Positions 26,381 to 43,201 of a stretch of 64,000 nt of DNA are shown piece by piece. Source of the stretch: Trichinella spiralis (lineage: Eukaryota); NCBI RefSeq assembly GCF_000181795.1, contig NW_003526945.1, positions 4,818,393 to 4,882,392 of the forward strand, read 5' to 3'. Every line of letters begins with the position of its first letter. The stretch's first letter is position 1. Both the position numbers and the translations under genes were made by a program. Under the pieces are notes generated by a model that was given only the letters and a program-made list of their open reading frames with translations, had not been told where the DNA came from and did not search any database.

Positions 26381-28327
26381 ATTTTATAAAGTAACATTAA
26401 TAATAACGATGATAATAATCATCACTACAAGCATGTTGCTGCTGCTACGCATTACATTTAACTATTATTCCACTTTTTATTATTTCTTTTGAATACATAG
26501 CACGAATGCAACATAAAACTGACATCAGACAAACGATAGTAGAAAACGACACCAGGTAGGCACTCGGGAATAAGCGAAAAGCGTTGACCTGTAAACGAGC
26601 TGGGAAAATTGACGAGTAGAAAGCGCACGTGTTTATTTTTAAAAGTTGTAAAGCTTCATGCTGCAAATTTTATACAATTCATACTATAAAAAATGTGATA
26701 AACGCAGCATACTCTTTCTTTTTTCATCATAAACAAACTTACGCAATAGTAACACTATTTCCAGGGGACTGCCTTCATGAACACGGGGAATGAAGAAATT
26801 TCGTTCTGACGCGCTATTGAAGCGTGAAATCAGATTCAAATAAAACTACTTATCATGAGCTCAAGCAAGGCAACCAAGCGTGAAAACCTCACAAAAACAA
26901 CATCTAGAAACAAATTAACAGAGTCGAAACTAACAACAAGCAACAAATAACTAAAAAACAACCACTATTATACCATTCATATTATGTCACCTTATTGCTT
27001 GTTTTACAATTAAGAAAGCTAAAATTAAAAGTGCCAAAAGAGACGCAGCCGCTCTAACTGCAAATTCAGACGAAATGCATGTAAGAATGTCATCATCATC
27101 AGGACAAATATAACAAACAATGCAACGTTTGGAAGAACCGATTTGCGAAGATTAAAAAATTTGACTACAAATGAAAAACACTCCTTACATATAACGTTAC
27201 AAAAACTGGACATTAAGTAAACATGTGTAGCATATCAAGCCTTTTGAGAAAGCATGATTTGATATGAGCAAGAGAGATGCAAAAAAAATTCAAAATAATT
27301 CTCTCGTTTAAAAGTTAACAGTTGAATGCAAACCAAAACAATTTACCCAAGAATTTGATTCAGTTAATGAGATTCAAAAACACACTACAATAAATATTAC
27401 TGTGAATTTGCAGTACAATCGTATTTTTTAAATGTCTAATAATAACCTTTGGAAAATGAAAATAATTAGAATTTTTTAATAATTAATAAATAAATTCATC
27501 GCTAAATAATCAGAAAAATATCCACCACTGAATAACAATTAACAAAATTAAAAAAAATAACTTTAATATGTTATTAAAATCAATTAACTTAAAAAATTAT
27601 TTTGAATTGCTGAACATTCTCCTCGATCGGTCATTTTTCAGTTATCTTAGGGTTTAGTTCAATCCAAGAAAATCAATACATTTTCTTATTTTCACTGAGA
27701 TTTCGACTACCGTACTTTCTCACGGCCAAGTGTATATTACATACATTACATATTATATTACATACATGTTACTTAATGTTATGTGAATAAATTGAAAATT
27801 AATTAAAATTTTAAATTAATTAACGGTTTCATAAAACAAAAGCATAATAATTTTTTACATAAATAAATAACATGAAGATTTGAAATGAACATAATCATAA
27901 AATATTTAAATGCACAATTCACTATGAAATTAAACTTTAAAAATATATGAAAGTAACTAGTTGTATAAATGCTATTTATTTTCAAAAATTAAAAAAGCAC
28001 CGAATATATAAAATAAAATCTTGACCCCTGTCACCTCATTTTTAATATATTTACGGTAGTGCCCTTCGCTGTTTACAGTAATTAGCTCTTGTTTATCATT
28101 TGGCTTGCCGTGGACAGCGTTGATAGGTGGTTTTCATATACGTTGATCTATTTCAGACTGTTCTGTATATTATATCACTGCATGCTATTTTTTAATACTT
28201 TAAATGTTTTAAGTATATTTTAGATCAAAACTTTTACTTACCTGCGATTTCTGCTGGTTGAAATGAAGATTTCTTCTCCTTACTTTTTTAGGCTTGAGAG
28301 TTTGCGAAGTAACTTCTCGAACGAAAT
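26381..28327 (+). repeat. Direct repeat copy 2 of the ~1.95-kb non-coding block (upstream region and 5' UTR of paralog B)
   Basis: Near-identical to 21259-23202. Confidence 0.97.
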
Positions 28328-28904
28328 ATGAAGTTCACTTTTTTCGTTATTTGTCTTGGACTCTCCGCAGCTTGCAACTGCTCTTTAGAAGAAGTGGCTT
28401 CACAGAAAGTGGTAGACGAGCTTGGTCGTCCTGTCGTACCTGCATATCTGGGCCACTACATTTTTGTGGCTCTTTTATTCTGTTATTTTACAACGTTGAT
28501 TATGAAAACATTTCTCGATGTGATTGAACTCTACGGGGATGATCTGAACCGATATCCCACACCACCTATCGCAGTTCTTCCACGATATGAATATGAAATA
28601 AGTGATGATAGTGATGACGGACGTCCGACCTCGTTCGTTGAATTCCGAAGTAAGCACAGAATTTCTTATGTTGCTGTATGTCAACAAGGTACTAGAGCCT
28701 TGTTTCATAAAAATTTCCAGATAATACTGTATAGCAGCGTAAACTGAGTTGCCCACGTAAACTGTTAACAGCTTTTTTGGTTGCTTCCTTTGAAAATGAG
28801 TTAAACTTCGGCACCATAAATTGTTATTCCAAGTCACAATTAGCAATTGCTTCACTGCATTGTTGTAACAAAGCTTTGTAACTGAATTATTGATTTTAGA
28901 CTAA
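28328..28904 (+). CDS. Small signal-peptide plus single-TM protein of unknown function, paralog B (~121 aa; exons 28328-28688, 28900-28904)
   Basis: Signal-like MKFTFFVICLGLSAA, YLGH motif, TM segment YIFVALLFCYFTTLIM, phase-1 intron at the same position as in paralog A, ending VAVCQQD*. Confidence 0.7.
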
Positions 28905-29214
28905 GATTCTTAAAGTCGGATGATCCGTAGAAGAAGGACCGAAGCTAAAGTGCAATTAATTCTAGATTTACGTCGAAATACTTAGATAATATTCTTTTTA
29001 CATTATTAATTTGCTTCGGTTTTGGGATTGGTGATGGTGTTGAATAAAATATGATAAAAGATTGTAGTTTGACTTTAATGAAAAGAACAATTCATTTTTC
29101 TGCTAACTGGGTCAGATGTTGAAACGCTCAGATAGTAGTGCTGAAATCTCTAGATTTTATTGATTTTCTCCCATGCTTTTACAAATGCTACTGCTTTTGG
29201 CAGCTTACCGTTAG

Positions 29215-29650
29215 CCCATTATATTCTGAAGAGCAGTTATTTTTCTAGTGTAGTAAACTGAATATGAATGAATAAAATATACTTTCATTTTTCACCACAT
29301 TTCATTAGCATCTAGCAGTTTTTTAAACCAAGCTGCGTAAGTGATTGAGCAATTCTGATTTGAGTACATTCATTTCCCAAACATTTTCTGTAATTGTAAG
29401 TTATCATTATCAAACACATACTTTTCTCTTTTCGACGTGATGTGGATGTGCAGTAAAAATTTGCATTGCAGCAGCATAGTTTTTAATTCATGAACTTTGG
29501 AAAATTACAGAAAATCCACCATTACAGAACATACATCAGCAGTACAGTTAATGCTGAAGAAAATTTATTCTACACTGATATATATTCATTGGTTTCTTCA
29601 TTCCATTGCTGTGCTAGCCAATCACTAGCAATGATGCAACGTCAGGTACA
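29215..29650 (-). pseudogene. Second, more truncated remnant homologous to the 3' part of the 24508-26270 pseudogene
   Basis: ~29550 TAATGCTGAAGAAAATTTATTCTACACTGATATATATT matches ~24832 AAATGCAGAAGAAAATTTATTATACAGTGATACATATATT. LQLQKMFG vs LQLQKLLG and TLEK vs TLEN are collinear. Confidence 0.5.
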
Positions 29651-30978
29651 AATTCTTCAGAAAAATATGTTAATGCATGGAGCAAAAGTGAAATGCACTC
29701 TTAATTAGAAATTAATTTTTCTCAGCAGAGAAGAACACCAATCCAGAAATTTCTGAAAGAACCAATTTTCTCAATGAAAGTGGGTACACCAAATAATTTT
29801 GATTAATCTTTAGAAATAATTACCAGATTGAAAATTGCACAGTTACCTATCGACCAAACCTAAACAATGTAGAAAAACAGCGTAGCAAAAATGCACTCAA
29901 TTGAAAAAAAGGAAAATGCTAGGAGAAGCCGAGCATTATCTGTTTGTGAAAAAAAACTGCCACACGTTCCAATGATTGTCAAAATTTAGAAAGAAATAAA
30001 GATTCAAAAGCAACATGTTATTATAATAAAGTGACAGACAGAAAAGCCGTTCTTGTAAAAAAAATGCATAACAAAACAAATACACACTTATAAAATGAAA
30101 GCATATATATGTATATGTACGTAAATTGACGTACAGAAAACGTATAAAAAAGATCTATTTATGTGTGTAATAAAACAGAACCGGGATGATCAATAAATAT
30201 GAGAAAATCACCGAAGCGCACTTTGGGGAATTAAGTAATAGCAAATAATAACTAGTGGTTAACACTGTTTCGATGAGGAAAAAATGATAATTGGTGTATT
30301 ACGATTCATGAAATATTAAATCAAACCCTAGAGAAGCCACACCGTGACAAAAAAAAACCAGCAAATAATCAGTTTTAGCCAAGAAAAAGTTCTTTCCGTC
30401 GTCGTCTTTGAAAATTAATGAATACATGCGACAAAGCAAATTAAGAGATAGAGAAAATGAATAAACATAGTTCGTACTTAGCATTCCAAAAAAGATATTC
30501 ATACATTGTTCACAAATCTAATTATGAAGTTGAAATGTGAACCAGAAACTAGAAATATCACGACCATACACACGCACATCCAGCTTTACATAAATCAAAC
30601 TGAATCAAAATGAAGAACTGAAAATGAGCAGCAAAGCAGTGCACATTGATGAATAAAAGAGCACTGCAAACAGTGCGAAACTGCCAAAGTACATCATATA
30701 AATTTCAAAGAAGGAAAAACGCTTCTCTGATCAGGCTAACATGGTTGCAAAAAGAAACCAGCAACAATAATAGTCATAATAATTTTTAGAGACGCCAAAT
30801 CACAGGTTATCCATTGCTACCACTTTATGACAACTGGATAAAACTGAAAGAAGAAAAAAAGATTAGAAAATTATTAAAACAACATCAAAATAACTTTGCT
30901 CATTATAGTTGAAGACAACTGAGCAGAATAAAAATCCCACATACGCGATATGTCACCATCGATTGAAAATGTTTCCAT

Positions 30979-33025
30979 TTAACAAGGACCGGACCAACCG
31001 ACGATCGGTTTCCCATTACCATCATGCTGTTGTTTTCCATTCTTAGGATCGTAGTCTGAAAACTGCGCCATACCCTGCTGAAGCAACGCCGATGCAACAC
31101 CGCCAGTGGTGCTACTTGTTGCTTGTGCTGCGCATTTCAATTCGGTTATGCTGCCGTGGAGCGTGTCGATTCTTCCACCGCCAAGGGAGCCAATCTGGTT
31201 CATCCCTACTAGTACGATTTCCCCCATTTCATTCTTTATTTCTTGCTCAAGCTTTTCTGAATGCAACAATGACGATGACGAAGACGACGCTCCAAACGAT
31301 TCTGAAAATCGAATGGCAGCCGACTGTCCCTTATCATCCATATCGTACAACTCATCAATATCTTCATCCAAATGTTCTGCTTTGACGACACATGTTACGA
31401 GATGATCGTCGACGTTTCTGTTCATCACCAATGACTGAGCGGCCGCCGATGCTGCCTGCAGATCATGTACACTTTCCACCTGCTGATGATGACTTCCAAC
31501 ATTCGCTTGCGTTGCATATCGTTCACCATTACTCTTATCCTTATTATCATTATTGTTCTTAGTCTTTTTCTTCTTATTATTACTCTTACTTGTAGTGTTG
31601 TTATTATTACTGTCCTGGTTAATACAACCTTCAACACTGACATGCAACAAATTAGCTGACGAATTAGGCGAAGTGGAAGAAAACGACGACGATGAAGATG
31701 CAGATGCAACTGATACACCTGATGTGGACGGTGAAGCCAAATTATCGTTCAACTGATTAGCAGCAGCATGAGTCGATTCGACGTGGCGTTTCAGCAGAGA
31801 AACTTGCTTGAAGCTTAAGTTGCAGTCGACGCATTTGTATGGTTTATCACTGTGGTGGAGTAATGTGTGCGCTTCCAAATGACGCTGTGCCATTGCTGAA
31901 TACGGGCACAAATGACACTGGTAACAGCGCTCACCGTCATGCTCTTTGCAATGCAGTTTGAACGTGTAACGATCAGTAAATGTTCTGTCGCATTTTTTGC
32001 ATTTAATCGGTGCCGAAGCTGTATGCAATTTTTGCACATGAATTCTCAGGTCAGTTTTGCGTCCACAGGACGATGGGCAAAATTTGCACTGAAACACCGG
32101 TCTAGAGCCGGAATGGATCAGCTTGTGCGCCTTGAGCGAGTTGCTCTGAGTGAACCGCTGATTGCACACCTCGCACTGGTATGGCTTTTCGCCTGTATGC
32201 ACTCTGAGGTGTCTTTTCAACTTGTATGTATCTGGACTTGCATAGCTGCAGTGTGGACAATGGTAAGGTCGTTCACCAGTGTGCGATCTGATGTGCCTTT
32301 TCAATTTGCTCAGCTCAACCGAAGCGTAACTGCACTCAGTGCATTTGTGCGGCTTCTCCAACGTGTGCTTGTAGCGAATATGGCGGATCAATTCGCCGCT
32401 CGTCGTGAATGCCAGCTCACATCCTTTGCATTGGTGCGGCCGGGTGCCTGTGTGCGTGTTGATGTGATTTTGCAACGAGCTGTTTGTTTTGAAACAGCGC
32501 TCGCACACTGTGCACTTGAACGGTCGCTCTTCAGAGTGGCTTTTCATATGTCTGAGCAGCAAATAGCGCTTGTGATTGGTGTATGGACAAAATTCACACT
32601 GGTAAACCATCGACTCGCAGTTACCCTTCGGTGCTACATCAGCGCGACAGACCGGTCCATCTCGGGAACCACTGGCCTGGGGTACGCGAACACATTTCGT
32701 CAATATTGGTTGACCACGTCCGATATTGGCCAATTTTGTAGGCGACGATTCTGGTGCCACCGCGCTTGTGGCAACGGCTGCGGTTGGCTGATGGTTCACA
32801 ACCATTGGTTGTGATTGCTGAAGCTGCTGAGGTTGCGGCTGGGGTTGAGGTTGATGTTGAAGCTGCTGCTGCTGCTGCGGCTGTTGCTGCTGATGTTGTT
32901 GCTGTTGTTGCTGAAGTTGTTGCTGTTGTTGTTGTTGTTGTTGTTGCTGCTGCTGATGTTGTTGCTGTTGTTGCTGATGTTGTTGCTGTTGTCGCTGTTG
33001 TTGTTGTTGTTGTTGCTGTTGTTGT

Positions 33026-33060
<35 letters not shown>

Positions 33061-35861
33061 AAGTAGCTGATGGTGATGCTGATTACTCAAACCACCAGCT
33101 GCAACAGTTGGCACCGCAAACACGGTACCAGTTTCAGAAGTCACGGCTCCGGCGGAACCTTCCAAATAAAATACAGTTTTCGGATGCGCGGCTACGGTAT
33201 TCGAAATCGCTGGCTGACAGCTAGCTGCAAAATTCATTGCGTTGATTACCACTGCTTGCGGTGGGAGCGCAGGGCCACAATTTTGCTTCATTTGATCAAT
33301 CAACGAACCGGCGACAGCCTGCGACATCTGCTGCTGTTGCTGGTGCTGTTGCTGCTGCTGCAGTTGTTGCTGTTGCAGTTGATGATGTTGTGGATTATCG
33401 GTTTGATTGCTGATCAGTACAATAATTGTAGGCGACGCAGCGGCAGTAACAGTAGCTGAAGATGCCATATTGGATTGAACGTTCATTTGTTCCATCGCTG
33501 TTCCAAACTCATGCATATTCGTCGGAAAAGCGACATTCATCCCTGCAATGCGCATTTCTACATTTCCATCTGGAAGCAGGGTCGGCAGAATGGGAAGTAA
33601 AATCGTGTTGCCGGGTTGCAAGCTGGAAGTATCCGTTTGACTCAACGGGATAAGTACCTGAAAAACCAATAACAATAATATGCTATTATTAATTTTTCAA
33701 TTTTAATTATCAGATTTCTTCAAGAAAAAAGCTACTCTAAAGCACACGCCGCAAAATATAACCTTTTCCCTTTTTATTCAAGCAAATTCATTCTGAGCAT
33801 AAAAAATATTAATGAAATAAGCAAATATAATTCAATCACCTTAATAAATTGGTAATTGCATTATTAAACACAAATACTGCAACTCAGGGAAAATTATTCA
33901 AATCTTCCAATTTAATAAAAGTAGTATAAAATAACATTTCAATTCTACAAAACTAAACCTTCAACTATTTTTAAATGCAAATGCAAAAACTAAAGTCTTC
34001 TTAAATGAGCTTAAATTCTAAATAATTCAATGAAATCTTTATTGCTATCCGAACAGAAGCAGCAATACATATCACAACTTTGAAAACAGGCCGCATACTG
34101 GAAGGAAATTATGAGTGACTACTATACATATACATATACATATACATATATATATCTTTGCAACTTAAACTCCATGAATACATAATGCAACATTTTGAAT
34201 AACCAACCATTTCCAACTGCAGCTAAACTAAAGGAAAAGAATTTCTAACTGACAAGCCATGAGAACGAATAAACGAATAAAGTACCAGTACTTATCTATC
34301 GAACAAAAGAAGCTACTCCACATTGCATACTTTGCATCGAGCGAATAATGAACGCTGCTATCAAGGCATTTAACAACAGTGAATTTATTCTGAATCAATT
34401 TTCGTATATTTATTTTCTTAGCAGAGCGCCATTCCTAGTACAAAATTGTCACTCCCACAAACAGACTGTAGTAAGCAGCTAGTTTCAGTGACAACAACGA
34501 AACATTTTCAGATAAGAAAACATTTAAATAAGCATCAGCAACATTCAGTATTGTTATTACCCTCTCCCTCCAGTCATTTGTTATGAAAAAAATCATAAAG
34601 TAATCAATAAATAATATTTATTGATTATTTTAATAAAAAAAAGTGAAACGTTAACAGTAAAATGTAGCTAACGTTTTCAGAATATAAAAAAGCGAATACG
34701 TAAAAATTCATTAACGGCACTTGTTAATTTGAAATTAATCACATCCATCAATAAATAATCAATTAAAAAATTAACTTTTTATGAAATTTCAAAAAGTTAC
34801 ACATATAAAAAACTGATTTATATAACCAAGTTTAACACACTTATAAAAAACTATCCGCTCACTCATCATGCTTTTTATCATATCATTTTTAACATTACTC
34901 GAATGAATTTATAAAACAACCAACTTTCACCCTAACAACGTACCAAATTACAAAATCTTAAACTATTTATCGCTTTTTATTGTTTGTTTAATTATTGCTT
35001 TTTACTGTTCGCTTAATTATTGCTTTTTAAAAAGTGAACGGAATTTATTTATGTTTTAATTAGCTGCTATTAAAATTTTACATTTAGCGCATGCGGCGGA
35101 TTATCCAGAAATAATGTCGCAGCGCAATAAATTCCATAATAAAGAATGTGCCTGCATTTAAACAATCATGCGCTAGCCTAACACTCGATGTACAGTCGAA
35201 AAAGCAACAATGCAACAACGTCATTCTACTGTAGTTTCGACCTTGAATTTCTATACAAATTGCTTCAACCATACTACAGTACACCAGCAAATAAATGAAA
35301 TTGTTGAAAATTATTTTTCCATCTGTTTTGAATTTTTAATAAATAAATGAATAAAATTACGAACCTGTTGGGCGGAAATTGTCGAGGATGTAGTTGCACC
35401 GACCGGATGAGCTGCGTTAATGGGCTTGTTTTCATACGGGCCAGAGATTAGCTGAGTGGTCGCAGGCGTGTTGTGTGATTCAACTTTCAGATCGGTCACA
35501 TAGCGGGGACCAGTGGCCGTGTCATGCTGCATCAATTGCAGACCGGCTTGCGAGTGGTCGTAAGACTGATATTCTGCTCCGGGCTTGGTCTCGTGTACTG
35601 TCAAGGCGTCCTCGTAGGCAGAAGACCGAGCGAGCTTGGGCGCCGGAGCGTCGGCGCCGGCGACGTCGACCACCAGCGCCGAAGAGCCGTAGCCGACTGC
35701 GTCGTGCCCGGCGGCGGCCATCGGCGCGCGCGTGGGCGTAACCGACGCCGGATGGGCGCTGTGCTGCAATGTGACCGCCGCCGCTTCTTCTTCTAACTCG
35801 CGGCCGAAGCTTTCGAAATAATCTTGCAGGGCGAAAAAAGGCGATCGCGCCGTTGAACTCT
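30979..35861 (-). CDS. CTCF: CTCF (CCCTC-binding factor); exons 35861-35365 and 33657-30979; first exon and start not resolved
   Basis: Diagnostic finger sequences: FTTSGELIRHIRYKHT, YASVELSKLKRHIRSHTGERP, YASPDTYKLKRHLRVHTGEKP, RFTQSNSLKAH, GRKTDLRIH. Phase-0 join ISAQQ|VLIPL. Confidence 0.96.
32815..33062 (-). repeat. CAG/CAA trinucleotide repeat encoding the CTCF polyglutamine tract (a shorter tract lies at ~33328-33390)
   Basis: TTG/CTG runs on the + strand translate to the long Q/H/P tract of the 898-aa ORF. Confidence 0.95.
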
Positions 35862-36513
35862 CTGCAAAAAGTTTCAAGATAAAAAAATAATTCACAACAG
35901 AGTTCAAAATTCTTCAATAATGAACAGAAAAGAAAAAATAACAAAAACAGTGGGAAATTTCTCTCGGCTTGACGGAATAGCAAACAGAACTGGGGGAAAA
36001 AACGAGTGCATCCGTGTGGGAAGAACAAGCAAGCGGAACGTCCAACGGCAAACTTAACTGGATCGATGATAGAATCCGACCCGCTGCCGTACGAAACTAA
36101 TCAATAATAATCAGTGGAAAACTGGCATTTACGAACACAAAGTTTCATCGAAGCTTTTCTGACTTGGCATTTTAAATCTTCAAAAAAATAAAAATTTTTG
36201 TTCTCCTTCTGGCTATGGAAAAGTTGTAAAAGAAAGTGGAAAAAAAATCAAAATACGTGCAAAACAAAAAAGGCAAATCGAATATGTGAAAAAATACAAA
36301 GGGAAGACGGCAACCGATTTCACCAGTACGGCAAAATGTCCAGTCGGATGTAATACTTTGACCAGAAGAAAGTGAAAAAAGTTACAATGCAACGTATGCT
36401 TCACATTTACGCACCGGATAGGCGATTGGCCGTCGGGACGCAGTGACCTAGTGGTGATTCGGCTTGGTTGGCGACCGCTGGCGTCGATGATGACGACGGC
36501 GACAGGCGATCGT

Positions 36514-36527
36514 CCACTGGAGGGCGT
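36514..36527 (+). promoter_or_regulatory. Candidate CTCF-binding site in the GC-rich 5' region of CTCF
   Basis: CCACTGGAGGGCGT against the consensus CCASYAGRKGGCRS: one core mismatch plus the terminal base. Confidence 0.4.
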
Positions 36528-38412
36528 GCAAGGCTTGGTCGCTCCAGTGTCAAGTCGGGACAACAGCGACGCTGTGCTCGTCAGCACTCACTTACAGTAA
36601 GAACAGAACATGAGCATCTTTTGTATCACTTCCGGTTGAGTAAATTTTGCATAGGAAAGCTTATCACTTTTTTTTAGTTTTTCAACAAAATCTTTTTATA
36701 ATTTTAACTTCATATTTATTATTTAACTGTATTTTCTGCTACTTTTTCAAGTGAACAATGTTGATTTAATCGAACAAAATACAGTACTCTAAGAGAAAGT
36801 GCAATCAACACCTTTTCTTTTACTATACAGCTTTCCTGCTTGTCAAAAAAATTTTAAACAGTAGCGTTCGTCAATATAAAGAAAAAAGCAACATAACTAA
36901 ACAAATATAAATAATTATCTATATAATTTTATAAATACTGCATAAAATTAGAGGGCTTACATCTATGAAAATTTTCATTCGCTTTTTTATGATGTTTTCA
37001 AAAGCCATTTCGCTATTTACTTGCTTTTCTCTGCAGATTTGAAAGTGTTTTTTAGTTCACACTTTAACCTAAAAATTGAACTAATGTTAATTGTTATGAA
37101 TGCATACTTTTTTTATTATTTCTCGTTTATTTATTTTGTCTTTACGTGCAAAAACTTGAAGTGGAATTTCGTTGAATTTTATTTAAAAAAGCTAGATTAT
37201 GAACATTTGACGTTCAAACTAACGATTAGACTAAAACGAAAATTCCACACGCAGCCCCTCTTTTCAGCCAGTTTTATATGGAGGCGTCAGACTAGCGCGT
37301 TCATGCTTGATTGATTAATCCCTTCAACCGTGAAGCACACAACAGACATAATGTCGACAATTTTCCACTACTATAATTACATTTTATTTGCACATTTGTG
37401 CATTAAAACTGTTTATTAAATATCAGTGCTATTAAAAATGTAAATAACCAAAAAGATTAATATGAAACATATTTTAACAAATTAGTAGAACTATTTCAAC
37501 CCATTTTAATGCTAATATTATTGAATGTTGAATTTGTTTGAAAAGCGACAGACAACAGCCTGGCACATAAATTTAATATGCGTGCTAGAGCATGCATCGT
37601 CTTCGACAAGCTTTGTTTGATTTGTTTGTTTATGATAATAACGCAATTTCATTTGAAATGTGCACGCAGTTATTCAATCAATTATTATAATTTTTCCTTT
37701 TCAAATAAAATAACTGAACAAATTCTCTGGATTTATTATAAACGTTGATTACCAGCAACAGCTGCCAAGAATGCAAGCAATGCATAAATGGCAAGAACTG
37801 CACGATTAAACAGCTCTCCCAAGGACCGGATTACGTGGCAAAAACTTTCAAAATACACAAATTTCTCCCATAAAGAATAATAATGTTGCAGCAGAAATTT
37901 AAAAGTGCAAAACAGAACAAACTAGGGATAGTGAAATAGATAAACAAAGTGAATATAGTGCAATTTCACGCCATGCAAAAAGAAAAATCATAATAAATTA
38001 AGTCAAGACGAAAACAATACGTTTCGGAGAATTGATGACAATAAAAGAAAATAAAATCTTTAAAGAAATAATAAAATATCAAAACCAATTTGCAATAAGG
38101 CAAAAGTCATTACAGCGAAAGATCAGCTGCTCGATGAATACATATACTTTGCTGTTCAATGCTCCGGCATTATTATTGTAGTGTTGCATTTTCAGACATT
38201 AAAAAAACAGTCTTAATAATCGCGCTGACTGAAGCGACTTCGAATGACTGAATGACATCCAACAGTTGGATATACTGAAGACAATCATTATCATGCATAC
38301 CTATAAAAAGTGGGTGGAAGAAAAAAGAAAATGAGGGGGAAATTATTACTGAACAAAGGGGAAGTTTGAAAATTTGTACATGAATGAATCAAGGTTTTGG
38401 TTGAATTAGAAG

Positions 38413-43201
<4,789 letters not shown>

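Noticed and set aside
31092..33653. Long plus-strand ORFs (up to 300 aa; poly-L/V/A)
   Set aside because: Antisense shadows of the CTCF exon and its CAG/CAA repeats.
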